Source of the DNA: an uncultured candidate division Zixibacteria bacterium
Lineage (GTDB): Bacteria > Zixibacteria > MSB-5A5 > UBA10806 > 4484-95
DNA length: 64,000 nt
Assembly (NCBI GenBank): GCA_963668625.2
Contig: CAXXKA010000008.1
Span: forward strand, 672,001 to 736,000
Direction: 5' to 3'
Shown: piece by piece, positions 20,983 to 30,293 of the stretch
Layout of the letters: each line of letters starts with the position of its first letter
Numbering within the stretch: the stretch's first letter is position 1
Translations under genes and position numbers: made by a program
The notes under the pieces: generated by a model
What the model was told of the DNA's origin: nothing
Databases searched by the model: none
Seen by the model: the letters and a program-made list of their open reading frames with translations, nothing else

Positions 20983-21345
20983 TTAATAATTATGCGTGCC
21001 GATCACCACTTCCTTATCGAAATTCTCTTTGATCAGGTTGGTGATCTTGTCGAAATCAAGCGGGCAATCGCCTGTTTTCTTGGCTTTCACCACGCATGTT
21101 CCCAGATGGATGATATCGTAATTTCGATCGATACCGGCCGCGATTTCATTCATCAGTGTAACTTTGGGCATTATAAGCCCAGGGCAGTCGCCGCAGTTTC
21201 CCAGCGCGATAAGCTCGAGTTCGTCATCATCCTTGTACCGGGCGAACTCGCCCTCGCGAAGGCTGATTGCTTTGAGACATTTCTCGCAGGCTATACAGAG
21301 CTGATCCTGGATCCGCTTGCAGCCGACGATAGCTATCTTTGCCAT
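20983..21345 (-). CDS. CGGC-domain protein (Cys-rich, putative metal/Fe-S binding)
   Basis: IAIVGC, CIACEKC, CGDCPG, IHLGTC, CP, VIGTH pattern. Confidence 0.85.
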   Translation of the reverse strand: MAKIAIVGCKRIQDQLCIACEKCLKAISLREGEFARYKDDDELELIALGNCGDCPGLIMPKVTLMNEIAAGIDRNYDIIHLGTCVVKAKKTGDCPLDFDKITNLIKENFDKEVVIGTHNY

Positions 21346-21484
21346 AATATTTCCTCCTGTTATCCCATCGATATATGAAATTGAATATACTAAAAATAGT
21401 TTACGACTGGTAGGAAAAATATAAGTAAACTACCATCGGCCACAGGTCTGGCGGCTTTTATCCTGCAGGCTTAAGCCGGCTATA

Positions 21485-21508
21485 TCATCCTGAACTTGAT
21501 TCAGGATC
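21485..21508. repeat. REP-like palindrome
   Basis: TCATCCTGAACTTGATTCAGGATC hairpin. Confidence 0.6.
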
Positions 21509-21665
21509 CGGGGGCTGGGGAAGAGGTGTGCCGGTTGCAAAACTCCGATTTTGTAACCCATAATATTATGAAAACTTCGTTTTGTTTCCCCTTCATATAA
21601 ACTAACTTAATAGAAATAAGGTCTAGGGTTATAAAAAGAAGTGGCCGTACTGGTTTACCTCCTCC

Positions 21666-21813
21666 GGGCTTGTTGAAAAAGTTCATGTTGGATGACGGTG
21701 ATGGCAGGAATCCCTTCCTGCCACCTGAAATCACGCAGTATTTCGCCGGGAAAGGATGAACAAAGGACTTCGTCCGCCCAGCGACTCATGCAAATGGCTT
21801 TTCCAACAACCTC
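21666..21813. mobile_element. Putative IS5/IS1182-type MITE (~148 bp)
   Basis: Imperfect TIRs GGGCTTGTTGAAAAAG / CTTTTCCAACAACCTC; its last ~50 bp recur at 9366-9414. Confidence 0.6.
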
Positions 21814-21876
21814 CTACGAGGTAAGAACTGATATAAAATAGTGCCGCTATTGAGAGAATCGGTCGTTACTGTTGAT

Positions 21877-22066
21877 CGCCACTGTCCGGCCTTTCCATCT
21901 CGTTGCGAAGCGCTGCTTCGCAACGTGGCTTGTTTGCCTGCAGAATGCGCATTCTACATGACTCAAGAAGGTTTCCAGGCAGCGCTTGGAAACCAGCGAA
22001 CTAAACCTAACATCGGCAGGACATATCAGGATGTATGATACACTGAATATACAATTATATCGAAAA
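21877..22066 (+). mobile_element. IS4-end MITE copy, right end missing
   Basis: Starts CGCCACTGTCCGGCCTTT; colinear with 45776-46030; abuts the stop codon of the DUF1579 gene. Confidence 0.85.
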
Positions 22067-22633
22067 TTATCGCTTGGTATAAACAGCCTTGCCCATAACT
22101 TGCCAGGTTTTACCGCCATCGAATGAATGCTCGAATAACCAATCGAACTTGTTTTCGGTCTGGTTAAAAATGGTCACCCGTGAATGAAGTTTCTGTCCGG
22201 CCCAGACCTCTTTGCCGGAGGTTACCATCTTACCCTCCTGGTATTTGCCGGTATAAAATGACATCTTACCGCCCATCGAATCGATCCAGAGATTTTGCCA
22301 CTCGTTTGTATCACGGTCATAACTTATCATCATGAAACCATCGAAAGGCATCCCCAGCATTTCGCCCTTAAACCGGCTCTCGATCGCACAACCATCCAGG
22401 GTGTATTTATACATAGCGCTACCCCGGGTTTTATTCCATTTCTCGGGATTTTCCATATCGGCCCATTCCATATCGCAATCCCATTGCCCCTCCATGTAAG
22501 CCAGTTCTTTCATCTGAGCGGGCGCTCCCATCTCCATTGCCGCCATCTCATTTTGCTCGTGGTTATCACCGATTGCCGCTGAGAAGCTGATTCCTGCGAT
22601 TAAAACCAGTGTTAAGATACTTCTGATGACCAT
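22067..22633 (-). CDS. Secreted DUF1579-family protein
   Basis: Signal peptide; EGQWD, GMPFDG, YDRDTNEWQNLWIDSMG, SFDGGKTW. Confidence 0.8.
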   Translation of the reverse strand: MVIRSILTLVLIAGISFSAAIGDNHEQNEMAAMEMGAPAQMKELAYMEGQWDCDMEWADMENPEKWNKTRGSAMYKYTLDGCAIESRFKGEMLGMPFDGFMMISYDRDTNEWQNLWIDSMGGKMSFYTGKYQEGKMVTSGKEVWAGQKLHSRVTIFNQTENKFDWLFEHSFDGGKTWQVMGKAVYTKR

Positions 22634-22739
22634 CTCTTGCTCCTTCCGTAAGTGAATAATTAGTTTATGTTAATCGAGTTAAGATTGATGTTAAAACATC
22701 TTTAACATCCACCGGGGTTTCCTAAAAAATTCTATTTTC

Positions 22740-22769
22740 TTGACTAAATACCCATAAAATGGTTAGATA
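22740..22769 (+). promoter_or_regulatory. Putative sigma70 promoter of the four-gene membrane operon
   Basis: TTGACT-N17/18-TAGATA upstream of 22915. Confidence 0.4.
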
Positions 22770-22914
22770 AAAAACCTATGAATACCATATACGAATATTT
22801 CAATTACCCCGTAGACTCGATCAGCAGGATCGCCAATATAGCATGCCCCAAGACGGCTGTAAATAGAATAAACTATGATACATTTAAAATAATAACAAAA
22901 AGAAAGAGGTACTC

Positions 22915-24141
22915 ATGAAACAAAAGATCCTTTATGTGATACTTTTGGTGATTCTACTCTCGTTGGGCTCTTTCGGTCAGGAGACCACCCCGGTTGCGGA
23001 TGAAAGCTCTCCGGCCGAGATGATCCAGGTTCCGACCGTAGCCCCGCCGGGTGAGGTGATCGCCAAAGACACACCTAATGATGCAGGCTCATCGATAACT
23101 ATCAGGTGGGAACGCTCGCCCGATGATATCGCTGAGACCCCCGGGTTTGCAGGTTACGCGATCCTTCGCGGGGAATCTCCCGAGGGGCCGTTCGAGCAGC
23201 TCGGCGAGACCACCGCCGGTGGGGATGAGGATAACCATGACTACAAAACCTATCTCGACAACAACGCTTTGGATGGCGTGAAATACTGGTACGCTATAGA
23301 TGCCAGAGCCGGGGATCAGATTGCCCGGGCAATCACGAGCACGCCGGTGACATCCTCACAACAGTGGTTCAATTTCGGCCTGACAAACATGTTTATCGCC
23401 ACCGCGTTTCTTATCTCGGCGATACTGTTCTATATCACCAGCGCCAAATCGGGCAAGAAACTGTACATCCGTAAAATAGCCGGTTTGGAGGCCGTCGATG
23501 AGGCGGTTGGCCGTGCCACCGAGATGGGCAAGAAAATATTTTTCATACCGGGCACTCAGGATATGGACAACGTCCAAACTATCGCAGGAGTGACTATTCT
23601 CGGCCGTGTTGCGCAGAAAACAGCCGAGTACGAAGCTCGTATCGATGTGCCCGTGTCGCGTTCGCTGGTGATGGTAACCGCGCGAGAGGTGGTTAAAGAG
23701 GCGTATCTCAACGCCGGCCGCCCCGATGCTTACTCCGATGACATGGTGTACTATCTCACCGATGACCAGTTCGGTTACGCCGCCGGTATCGATGGCTTGA
23801 TCGTTCGCCAGAAACCGGCCACCATCTTCTATCAGGGGGCGTTCTACGCCGAATCGTTGATTCTGGCCGAGACCGGCAACTCTATCGGCGCTATCCAAAT
23901 CGCCGGAACGGCTATGCCTTCGCAATTGCCGTTTTTCGTGGCCGCCTGCGATTACACCCTGATCGGTGAGGAGCTGTTCGCCGCCAGCGCATATCTCTCG
24001 CGCGAACCCAAGCTCCTCGGCTCCCTGAAGGGTCAGGATCTGGGTAAGCTCGCAATCATTACCGCGTTATTGTTGGGATTCGTAATCCAGGTGTTGGGAA
24101 TATTCAATTTCGCAACCCTATTCGATGTGTCGGGAGGTTAG
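22915..24141 (+). CDS. DUF6754-type membrane protein with N-terminal exported FN3-like domain (subunit A)
   Basis: Signal peptide; DTPNDAG...ITIRW...YWY FN3-like region; TM; IRKIAGLEAVDEAVGRATEMG, ESLILAETG, QLPFFVAACDYTLIGEELFAASAYLS; C-terminal TM. Confidence 0.85.
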   Translation: MKQKILYVILLVILLSLGSFGQETTPVADESSPAEMIQVPTVAPPGEVIAKDTPNDAGSSITIRWERSPDDIAETPGFAGYAILRGESPEGPFEQLGETTAGGDEDNHDYKTYLDNNALDGVKYWYAIDARAGDQIARAITSTPVTSSQQWFNFGLTNMFIATAFLISAILFYITSAKSGKKLYIRKIAGLEAVDEAVGRATEMGKKIFFIPGTQDMDNVQTIAGVTILGRVAQKTAEYEARIDVPVSRSLVMVTAREVVKEAYLNAGRPDAYSDDMVYYLTDDQFGYAAGIDGLIVRQKPATIFYQGAFYAESLILAETGNSIGAIQIAGTAMPSQLPFFVAACDYTLIGEELFAASAYLSREPKLLGSLKGQDLGKLAIITALLLGFVIQVLGIFNFATLFDVSGG

Positions 24142-24144
24142 GCT

Positions 24145-24798
24145 ATGAAACGTGAAGTTCCATTACTGATTGCCGGTATAGTCGGATCGGTGCTGGTTAT
24201 ACAGTACTTCATCCCGCATACCCCGTTCGGCACATTAAACGATGTTTTCTCGGACTGGTTCTCTATCATCCAGGCAACCGCTATCTGGCTGGGCGCGCTC
24301 AACCTCATAAAGGTTGCCGGTGATAAAGTGTATAAACGTCAGAAAGACTGGCCATACTCGTTAATAGTAATTGTCTGTTTCTTGATAATGGTCATCGTCG
24401 GCTTGTTCTTCTCCGGCGGCACTCGTTTCCTTGATCCGGGTACGCCGTTTTCGACATTATACGATTATGTCTACTCACCACTCGTGTCAATGATGTTCGC
24501 TTTGCTGGCGTTCTTCGTCGGTTCGGCCTCGTACCGGGCATTCAGGGCGCGCAATAAGGAGGCTACCGTACTGCTGGTGGCGGCATTCCTCGTGATGCTC
24601 GGCCGTGTGCCGCTTGGCGATATGCTGACAGGCTGGCTGCCTCATTCTCTGCAAATGTCCAACGTGGCGAGCTGGATTATGAACGTACCCAACCTTGCCG
24701 GTCAGAGAGCTATCATGATCGGTATCTCGCTGGGTATCGTCTCCACTGCGCTGCGCATGATACTTGGCATCGAACGCTCATACCTGGGAGGTGAATAA
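24145..24798 (+). CDS. Polytopic membrane protein (subunit B of DUF6754 operon)
   Basis: About 6 hydrophobic segments; LLAFFVGSASYRAFRAR, AGQRAIMIG, LRMILGIERSYLG. Confidence 0.85.
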   Translation: MKREVPLLIAGIVGSVLVIQYFIPHTPFGTLNDVFSDWFSIIQATAIWLGALNLIKVAGDKVYKRQKDWPYSLIVIVCFLIMVIVGLFFSGGTRFLDPGTPFSTLYDYVYSPLVSMMFALLAFFVGSASYRAFRARNKEATVLLVAAFLVMLGRVPLGDMLTGWLPHSLQMSNVASWIMNVPNLAGQRAIMIGISLGIVSTALRMILGIERSYLGGE

Positions 24799-25652
24799 TG
24801 GCTAACGGTGTGAAAAACTTCCTGGAAAGAATGATGGGAATAGACCGTCGGGTGATCTTCCTGCTTATTTTCATTGCGCTGTCTATCCCGATGTTTATCA
24901 AGTTCGATATGGAAATCCCGACCTCGCCCGAGGTAGAACTGTTGGTTGATACCATGGAGAAACTGCCAGACGGCGCCAAGGTGATGGTCTCGCTTGACTA
25001 CGACCCCAGCTCCGAACCGGAGCTTCAACCGATGGCAGAGACATTCCTTCAATATGCTTTAAAGCGCAATTTCAAGGTTATCTGTATCGGTTTATGGCCA
25101 CAGGGTTCCATACAAGCCGAACGTGCCCGTCGAGTAGCCGAGGAAGTATCGGGTCGGCCGTTCGAGTACGGCGTTGATTATATCAACCTCGGTTACCAGG
25201 CAGGTAACGAGCTGGTTATTCAGCGCATGGGCTCCTCCATACCGGCGATGTTTCCCAACGATAATTTCGGCACGCCCGTCGATCAATTCCCGATAATGCA
25301 GGGCGTGAAGAATTTCTCGAACATCGATTACGTGTTCAATCTCTCAGCCGGTTATCCCGGCACGATTGAGTGGGTACTGTTCGCGGCCGATAAATTCGGC
25401 GCGATAGTCGGCGCGGGTAATACCGCCGTGCAGGCCCCCTCGGTATATCCTTACCTCGGCAAGCAACTTCGTGGGCTGGCCGGTGGCATGAAAGGCGGCG
25501 CCGAATTCGAGATACTTACCGAGTTCCCCGGCCGGGCCGTAAAATACATGGTCGGCCAGACATTCGCCCATACCGTGATCGTACTGTTTATCATCGTCGC
25601 GAATATTGCCTTCTTTGCCACACGCGGTAATAAGAAGGGAGGCGTACTATGA
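24798..25652 (+). CDS. Membrane-anchored protein with central alpha/beta domain (subunit C of DUF6754 operon)
   Basis: DRRVIF N-terminal TM, DYDPSSEPELQPM, YGVDYINLGY, GGMKGGAEFE, C-terminal TM; TAATG overlap with B. Confidence 0.85.
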   Translation: MANGVKNFLERMMGIDRRVIFLLIFIALSIPMFIKFDMEIPTSPEVELLVDTMEKLPDGAKVMVSLDYDPSSEPELQPMAETFLQYALKRNFKVICIGLWPQGSIQAERARRVAEEVSGRPFEYGVDYINLGYQAGNELVIQRMGSSIPAMFPNDNFGTPVDQFPIMQGVKNFSNIDYVFNLSAGYPGTIEWVLFAADKFGAIVGAGNTAVQAPSVYPYLGKQLRGLAGGMKGGAEFEILTEFPGRAVKYMVGQTFAHTVIVLFIIVANIAFFATRGNKKGGVL

Positions 25653-26344
25653 TTACTTTCTGGACATGGATCGGCGCTATCCTGACACTGGGTATACTTT
25701 CGTTCTTGTACAAGGATAACCCGTTTTACAAAGTCTCCGAGGCTATTTTCATGGGGATATCCGCCGGCTACTGGTTCGTTTCGCTGTGGTTCCAGTCGTT
25801 CACCCCGAAACTTCTCGATAACCTCGGCATACGCAAAATGCTGGGCGCGGATGTTGATAACGGCGCATTGCAGAACGTTTTTAGCGGCCACTACGATGAA
25901 CGTATCTGGTATGTCGTAGCGGGTATACTGGCAATCATGATGTTGTGTCGCTTGATCCCCAAAGTCGGCTGGATATCGCGCTGGCCGCTGGCGTTTATCG
26001 TGGGTACGACCTCCGGCGTGTATCTCACCCGTTACCTGGCATCCAACGCGCTGGCACAGATCAACAACACGCTGAAAGTGTTCATCCCGCTTGGCGCGGA
26101 GGGCTTTTTAAGCTGGGCCAACCTGAACTACTTCCTGATTCTGATAGGTGTGCTCACGGGCCTGATATATTTCTATTTCTCCAAGGAGCACAAGGGAATA
26201 ACAGGTGGAGCGGCCCGTATCGGCATTTATTTCCTGATGGTGACATTCGGCGCGTCATTTGGCTACACGGTGATGTCGCGTATGTCGCTACTGATAGGCC
26301 GGCTCGATTTCCTATACAGCGACTGGCTGCATCTGATAAAGTAA
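25649..26344 (+). CDS. Polytopic membrane protein (subunit D of DUF6754 operon)
   Basis: SFLYKDNPFYKVSEAIFMG, ISRWPLA, YFYFSKEH, MVTFGASFGYTVMSRMSLLIGR; ATGA overlap with C. Confidence 0.85.
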   Translation: MITFWTWIGAILTLGILSFLYKDNPFYKVSEAIFMGISAGYWFVSLWFQSFTPKLLDNLGIRKMLGADVDNGALQNVFSGHYDERIWYVVAGILAIMMLCRLIPKVGWISRWPLAFIVGTTSGVYLTRYLASNALAQINNTLKVFIPLGAEGFLSWANLNYFLILIGVLTGLIYFYFSKEHKGITGGAARIGIYFLMVTFGASFGYTVMSRMSLLIGRLDFLYSDWLHLIK

Positions 26345-26358
26345 AACGATTCAACACG

Positions 26359-26389
26359 AAGGTGCCGGGCAAAAAGCTCGGCGCCTTTT
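26359..26389 (+). terminator. Intrinsic terminator of the DUF6754 operon
   Basis: AAGGTGCCGGGC-AAAAA-GCTCGGCGCCTT hairpin followed by T run. Confidence 0.7.
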
Positions 26390-26428
26390 CCAATCGCTAG
26401 CTTTGCGTAAATAAATTAATGACCACCC

Positions 26429-26576
26429 GTAGGGGCGTATCGAATACGCCCTGAGGCAGGGGTGGGGCATTTTAATAATATCATAAATAGTAAGATGCCA
26501 AGCGTAGGGGGCGATCTAAAACCGCTCCGTATCAGCATGGCAACCAACCCGGGCTGGTCTTAGACACAGCCCCTAC
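26429..26576. repeat. Cluster of GTAG-type REP palindromes
   Basis: GTAGGGGCGTATCGAATACGCCC, GTAGGGGGCG..., and inverted GGGCTG...CAGCCCCTAC. Confidence 0.75.
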
Positions 26577-26601
26577 GTAATCTGCTAATAAGGGCGAAAC
26601 C

Positions 26602-28464
26602 ATGACCGAACCAAAAACCTGCAAATACGATGGCTGCAACGAGCCGGTAAACTCCCCTCACGATGAGGAATTCTGCGTTTTCCATGCATCCGTGGAGAAC
26701 AAGGGGATTAGTGTTGAGGAGTTTAATAATAAGATATTTGAGAGAATTGATGATATTTTTAAACATAATAAACATGAGCAAAATGATAAGGATAAGAAGT
26801 ATTTTGATTTTGAAGGTTTTATATTCCCCGGCAATATAGATTTTGGTGATTATGAAAGGATATATAATAGTAAATTGAATTTTAATCACCATGCTTATTT
26901 CACGAATGCCCAATTTTCAGGAGATGCTTCTTTCATAAATGTTCAATTTTCAGAAGATGCTGATTTCTTGGGTGCCATTTTTTTAAAACGTGTTTATTTC
27001 ATAGGTGACATATTTTCAGGAAATTCTTATTTCATAAATGCCCAATTTTCACGAGATGCTATTTTTAGGAATGCCCAATTTTCAAGAGATGCTGATTTCA
27101 CGAATGCCCAATTTTCAGGAGATGCTTATTTCAAGAATGCCCAATTTTCAGGAGATGCTTCTTTCAGTGATGCCCAATTTTCAGGAGATGCTGATTTCAT
27201 GAATGCCCAATTTCCAGGAGATGCTGATTTCAGTAAAGCCCAATTTTCAAAATATGCTTATTTCATAAATGCCCAATTTCCAGGAGATGCTTCTTTCTGG
27301 AATGCCCAGTTTTCAGGAAATGCTTATTTCAGTAATGCCCAATTTTCAGGAGATGCTTATTTTCATCAAACTCATTTTGATGGCACAATCCTGTCTAATG
27401 ACTTAACAATTGAAAAAAAAATTAGTTTTGCTAACATTACCATGTCTGATAAGGCTCGTTTTTATTTAAGAAATCCAATATTTAAACCTGCGGGATATGT
27501 CAGTCCTAAGATAATATTCGATTCTATACAATTTAATCCCTTCGCAGTTTATTTTGGAGATATAAATTCTAATGATAATATCAATGCTTGTTTGCTATTC
27601 CGCTACTGCCAACTAAAAGATGTCTATTTCACAAATAACGATATGTCTCTATTCTCATTTTACAAGAGCTCTTTCGATGAAGCCCGATTTATATCAAGCA
27701 AATGGGGATTAGTTAACGATAGAATCCTATGTTTCCCATTCAAGAGACAGAATATTATCCCCGAAGAGCATTTCTTAAAGCAAGTAAATGAATTAAATGA
27801 TAACGAAGAACAAACTAAGCAACTCAGAAAAGCCTACAAAATAGAGGACTTAAACTCCCCCCTCGATATCGCCTCCCTGTACCGCCGTATGAAAACCGCT
27901 CTGGATAACACCAAAGACTACGAGCAATCCGGCTGGTTCTATTTCAATGAACTCGAGATGAAACGTCAGGCTTTAGAGGATGAGATTGAAACTAGCGAAC
28001 CTAAATGGAAGATCTTCAGGTGGCAACCATTTATATGGTTAAATCAACAACGCAAAAAACTTTTCAGCCGATATATACTCTATTTCTCCTACAAGGTGTT
28101 CACCGGTTTCGGGCAAAAACCAATGTGGTCTTTCTGCTGGTTCATGTTTTTCACGGTGTTTTTTTCATTCATTCATCTACTTACAGGCTTAAGGAATGAG
28201 GCCTCCGGTATTGAGGATATCAAATACTCGTTGTCATCACTATATGGCTCTTTGGCCAACGGTTATTTCTGGAGTGATTTTCTCGACTCATTCATCTACA
28301 CGATATCACGCGTATTACCTGTCAGCTATGTCTCAACATCGCCCTCGGACTGTTACCCTCTAACATCACTGGGGAAAATAGCCTCGGTATTCAACTCGGT
28401 AATACTTATCATTCTGATAATCTTCATCGGCATAGGTCTCAAACGCCATTTCCGGAGATTTTGA
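26602..28464 (+). CDS. Pentapeptide-repeat protein with N-terminal Cys/His motif and C-terminal membrane domain
   Basis: About 15 repeats of NAQFSGDAxF (30-bp DNA unit); C-x4-C...FCVFH; YRRMK...GWFYFNELEM; terminal TM helices. Confidence 0.88.
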   Translation: MTEPKTCKYDGCNEPVNSPHDEEFCVFHASVENKGISVEEFNNKIFERIDDIFKHNKHEQNDKDKKYFDFEGFIFPGNIDFGDYERIYNSKLNFNHHAYFTNAQFSGDASFINVQFSEDADFLGAIFLKRVYFIGDIFSGNSYFINAQFSRDAIFRNAQFSRDADFTNAQFSGDAYFKNAQFSGDASFSDAQFSGDADFMNAQFPGDADFSKAQFSKYAYFINAQFPGDASFWNAQFSGNAYFSNAQFSGDAYFHQTHFDGTILSNDLTIEKKISFANITMSDKARFYLRNPIFKPAGYVSPKIIFDSIQFNPFAVYFGDINSNDNINACLLFRYCQLKDVYFTNNDMSLFSFYKSSFDEARFISSKWGLVNDRILCFPFKRQNIIPEEHFLKQVNELNDNEEQTKQLRKAYKIEDLNSPLDIASLYRRMKTALDNTKDYEQSGWFYFNELEMKRQALEDEIETSEPKWKIFRWQPFIWLNQQRKKLFSRYILYFSYKVFTGFGQKPMWSFCWFMFFTVFFSFIHLLTGLRNEASGIEDIKYSLSSLYGSLANGYFWSDFLDSFIYTISRVLPVSYVSTSPSDCYPLTSLGKIASVFNSVILIILIIFIGIGLKRHFRRF

Positions 28465-28685
28465 AATCACTGCCTTTTCCGTGAAAAAACAAATCTTTTT
28501 ATCTTAATTAACATACTCGCCATTATCCTTCCCTCCGGAACGATTGAAACAACCTTTTTCCAATCATAAACATGCTTGCACTATCGCCTTACGCCCGGCT
28601 TGATTATACTGACCAATTGCTTAATTATATTCGACTGAATAAGTCCGAATACAGGAATAAGTAACAGGGGGAAATTTTACTAGCT

Positions 28686-30290
28686 ATGGATATTTATAAA
28701 AATATTATTAATCCTATCAGTACCGGCGACGATTCGAATTTCAGCGCTGAATCGGCAGTCGATAAAATCAACAGGCCGTATATCGAATTTTTCAATGCTG
28801 TCATGGATGGGCTCGGTATAATCGATGAGCATAACAAGCTGGTACTATGCAATCCTGCTTTCGCTAAAATATTGGATATGGATAGCCCGTCTCAGATAAT
28901 AGGAAAAAACGTATTTACTTTTCTGGATAAAGACCAGAAAGCCGTATTCGAGGATAAAATAAAATCATGTCGCGAGGGGAAATCGTCACGGTTCGAACTT
29001 AGAATAACGACAGGCCAGAGGAATATCAAATTCGTCTATGTCTCGATTACACCCAGGTTCAATAAAAAAAGAAAATATATCGGAGCGATCGGAGATATCA
29101 CGGATATTACCGAGATTAAGGAAATCGAACATGCCTTGAGAGACACCGAGCGGCGCAATCGCAGCATCATGGATCACATAGCATTAGGTATTTCACTGAT
29201 AGGCCCGGATATGCGAATAATTTCCATGAATAAAAAAATGCAAGAATGGTTTCCTGATGTCGACGAGAATAAACATCCTTTATGTTTTAAGGCTTATAAT
29301 AAACCTTGCCGGGATGAAATTTGCAGCCATTGCCCGACAGTGAAAGTATTCCGCGATGGATTGATTCATCAAGCGGAAATAGAGACGCCCGACGGAGATG
29401 ATATTATTAATTTTAAAATTACCGCCTCACCTCTAAAAGATGAATACGGGAACACCTACGCGGCTATCGAAACGGTCGAGGATGTTACCGAGACTATTAA
29501 AAACCGGCAGGTGATGATTCAATCGGAGAAACTGGCCTCGCTGGGAACGCTGGCGGCTGGAGTCGCACACGAGTTGAACAACCCTATAGGCTATATCAAC
29601 TCCAATCTCAGGGCCATGTTAAAATACCTGGTTAAAATCACGAATGTTTTCGATGATTTCGAAAGCGTAACGAGTGATAACATAAAGTCCATGAAAGAAA
29701 TCCTGGTGGATTTTAACGATGCCATCAACGAATCACTCGAAGGCGGTGACAGGGTAAAGAAAATAGTATCGGATTTAAAGAACTTCACCCGCATGGAGAA
29801 ATCCGGAAAAGAGTATGCCGATATCAACAGCGGTATCAAAAGCACTTTGAATATTGTCTGGAACGAGCTCAAGTACAAATGTAAAGTAGAAACCGAATAC
29901 GGAGAACTTCCCGAACTATACTGTATACCCGGCCAACTGAACCAGGTGTTTTTAAACCTGCTGGTGAACGCCTCCCACGCCATAGTTGGTAATGAGGGGT
30001 TGGTGATAATCAAAACCTGGGCGGACGAGAAGGCCGTATATGTCTCGGTTAAGGATAACGGCATCGGAATACCTCCAGAAAAAATAAAACGTATATTCGA
30101 GCCTTTCTATACCACTAAACCTGCCGGTAAAGGTACTGGTCTTGGTTTGAGCATAGCATATGATATCGTGAAAAAGCATAAAGGCATAATTGAAATTAAA
30201 ACCAAAGTTGGTGTGGGTACGGAGTTCCTGGTTATTTTGCCTTTGGACGGATTGCTCGATGCTAAAGAAGCGGTCGCTGAGATGGTATGA
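28686..30290 (+). CDS. Cytoplasmic PAS-PAS sensor histidine kinase
   Basis: Two PAS domains; H-box EKLASLGTLAAGVAHELNNP; N box NLLVNA; DNGIGI; GTGLGL. Confidence 0.93.
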   Translation: MDIYKNIINPISTGDDSNFSAESAVDKINRPYIEFFNAVMDGLGIIDEHNKLVLCNPAFAKILDMDSPSQIIGKNVFTFLDKDQKAVFEDKIKSCREGKSSRFELRITTGQRNIKFVYVSITPRFNKKRKYIGAIGDITDITEIKEIEHALRDTERRNRSIMDHIALGISLIGPDMRIISMNKKMQEWFPDVDENKHPLCFKAYNKPCRDEICSHCPTVKVFRDGLIHQAEIETPDGDDIINFKITASPLKDEYGNTYAAIETVEDVTETIKNRQVMIQSEKLASLGTLAAGVAHELNNPIGYINSNLRAMLKYLVKITNVFDDFESVTSDNIKSMKEILVDFNDAINESLEGGDRVKKIVSDLKNFTRMEKSGKEYADINSGIKSTLNIVWNELKYKCKVETEYGELPELYCIPGQLNQVFLNLLVNASHAIVGNEGLVIIKTWADEKAVYVSVKDNGIGIPPEKIKRIFEPFYTTKPAGKGTGLGLSIAYDIVKKHKGIIEIKTKVGVGTEFLVILPLDGLLDAKEAVAEMV

Positions 30291-30293
30291 ATT

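Noticed and set aside
21841-22119. Short ORFs 21841-22038 and 21847-22119
   Set aside because: They are translations of the MITE sequence
26900-27365. Regular 30-bp repeats as a possible CRISPR array
   Set aside because: No unique spacers; the units are in-frame pentapeptide codons; no cas genes
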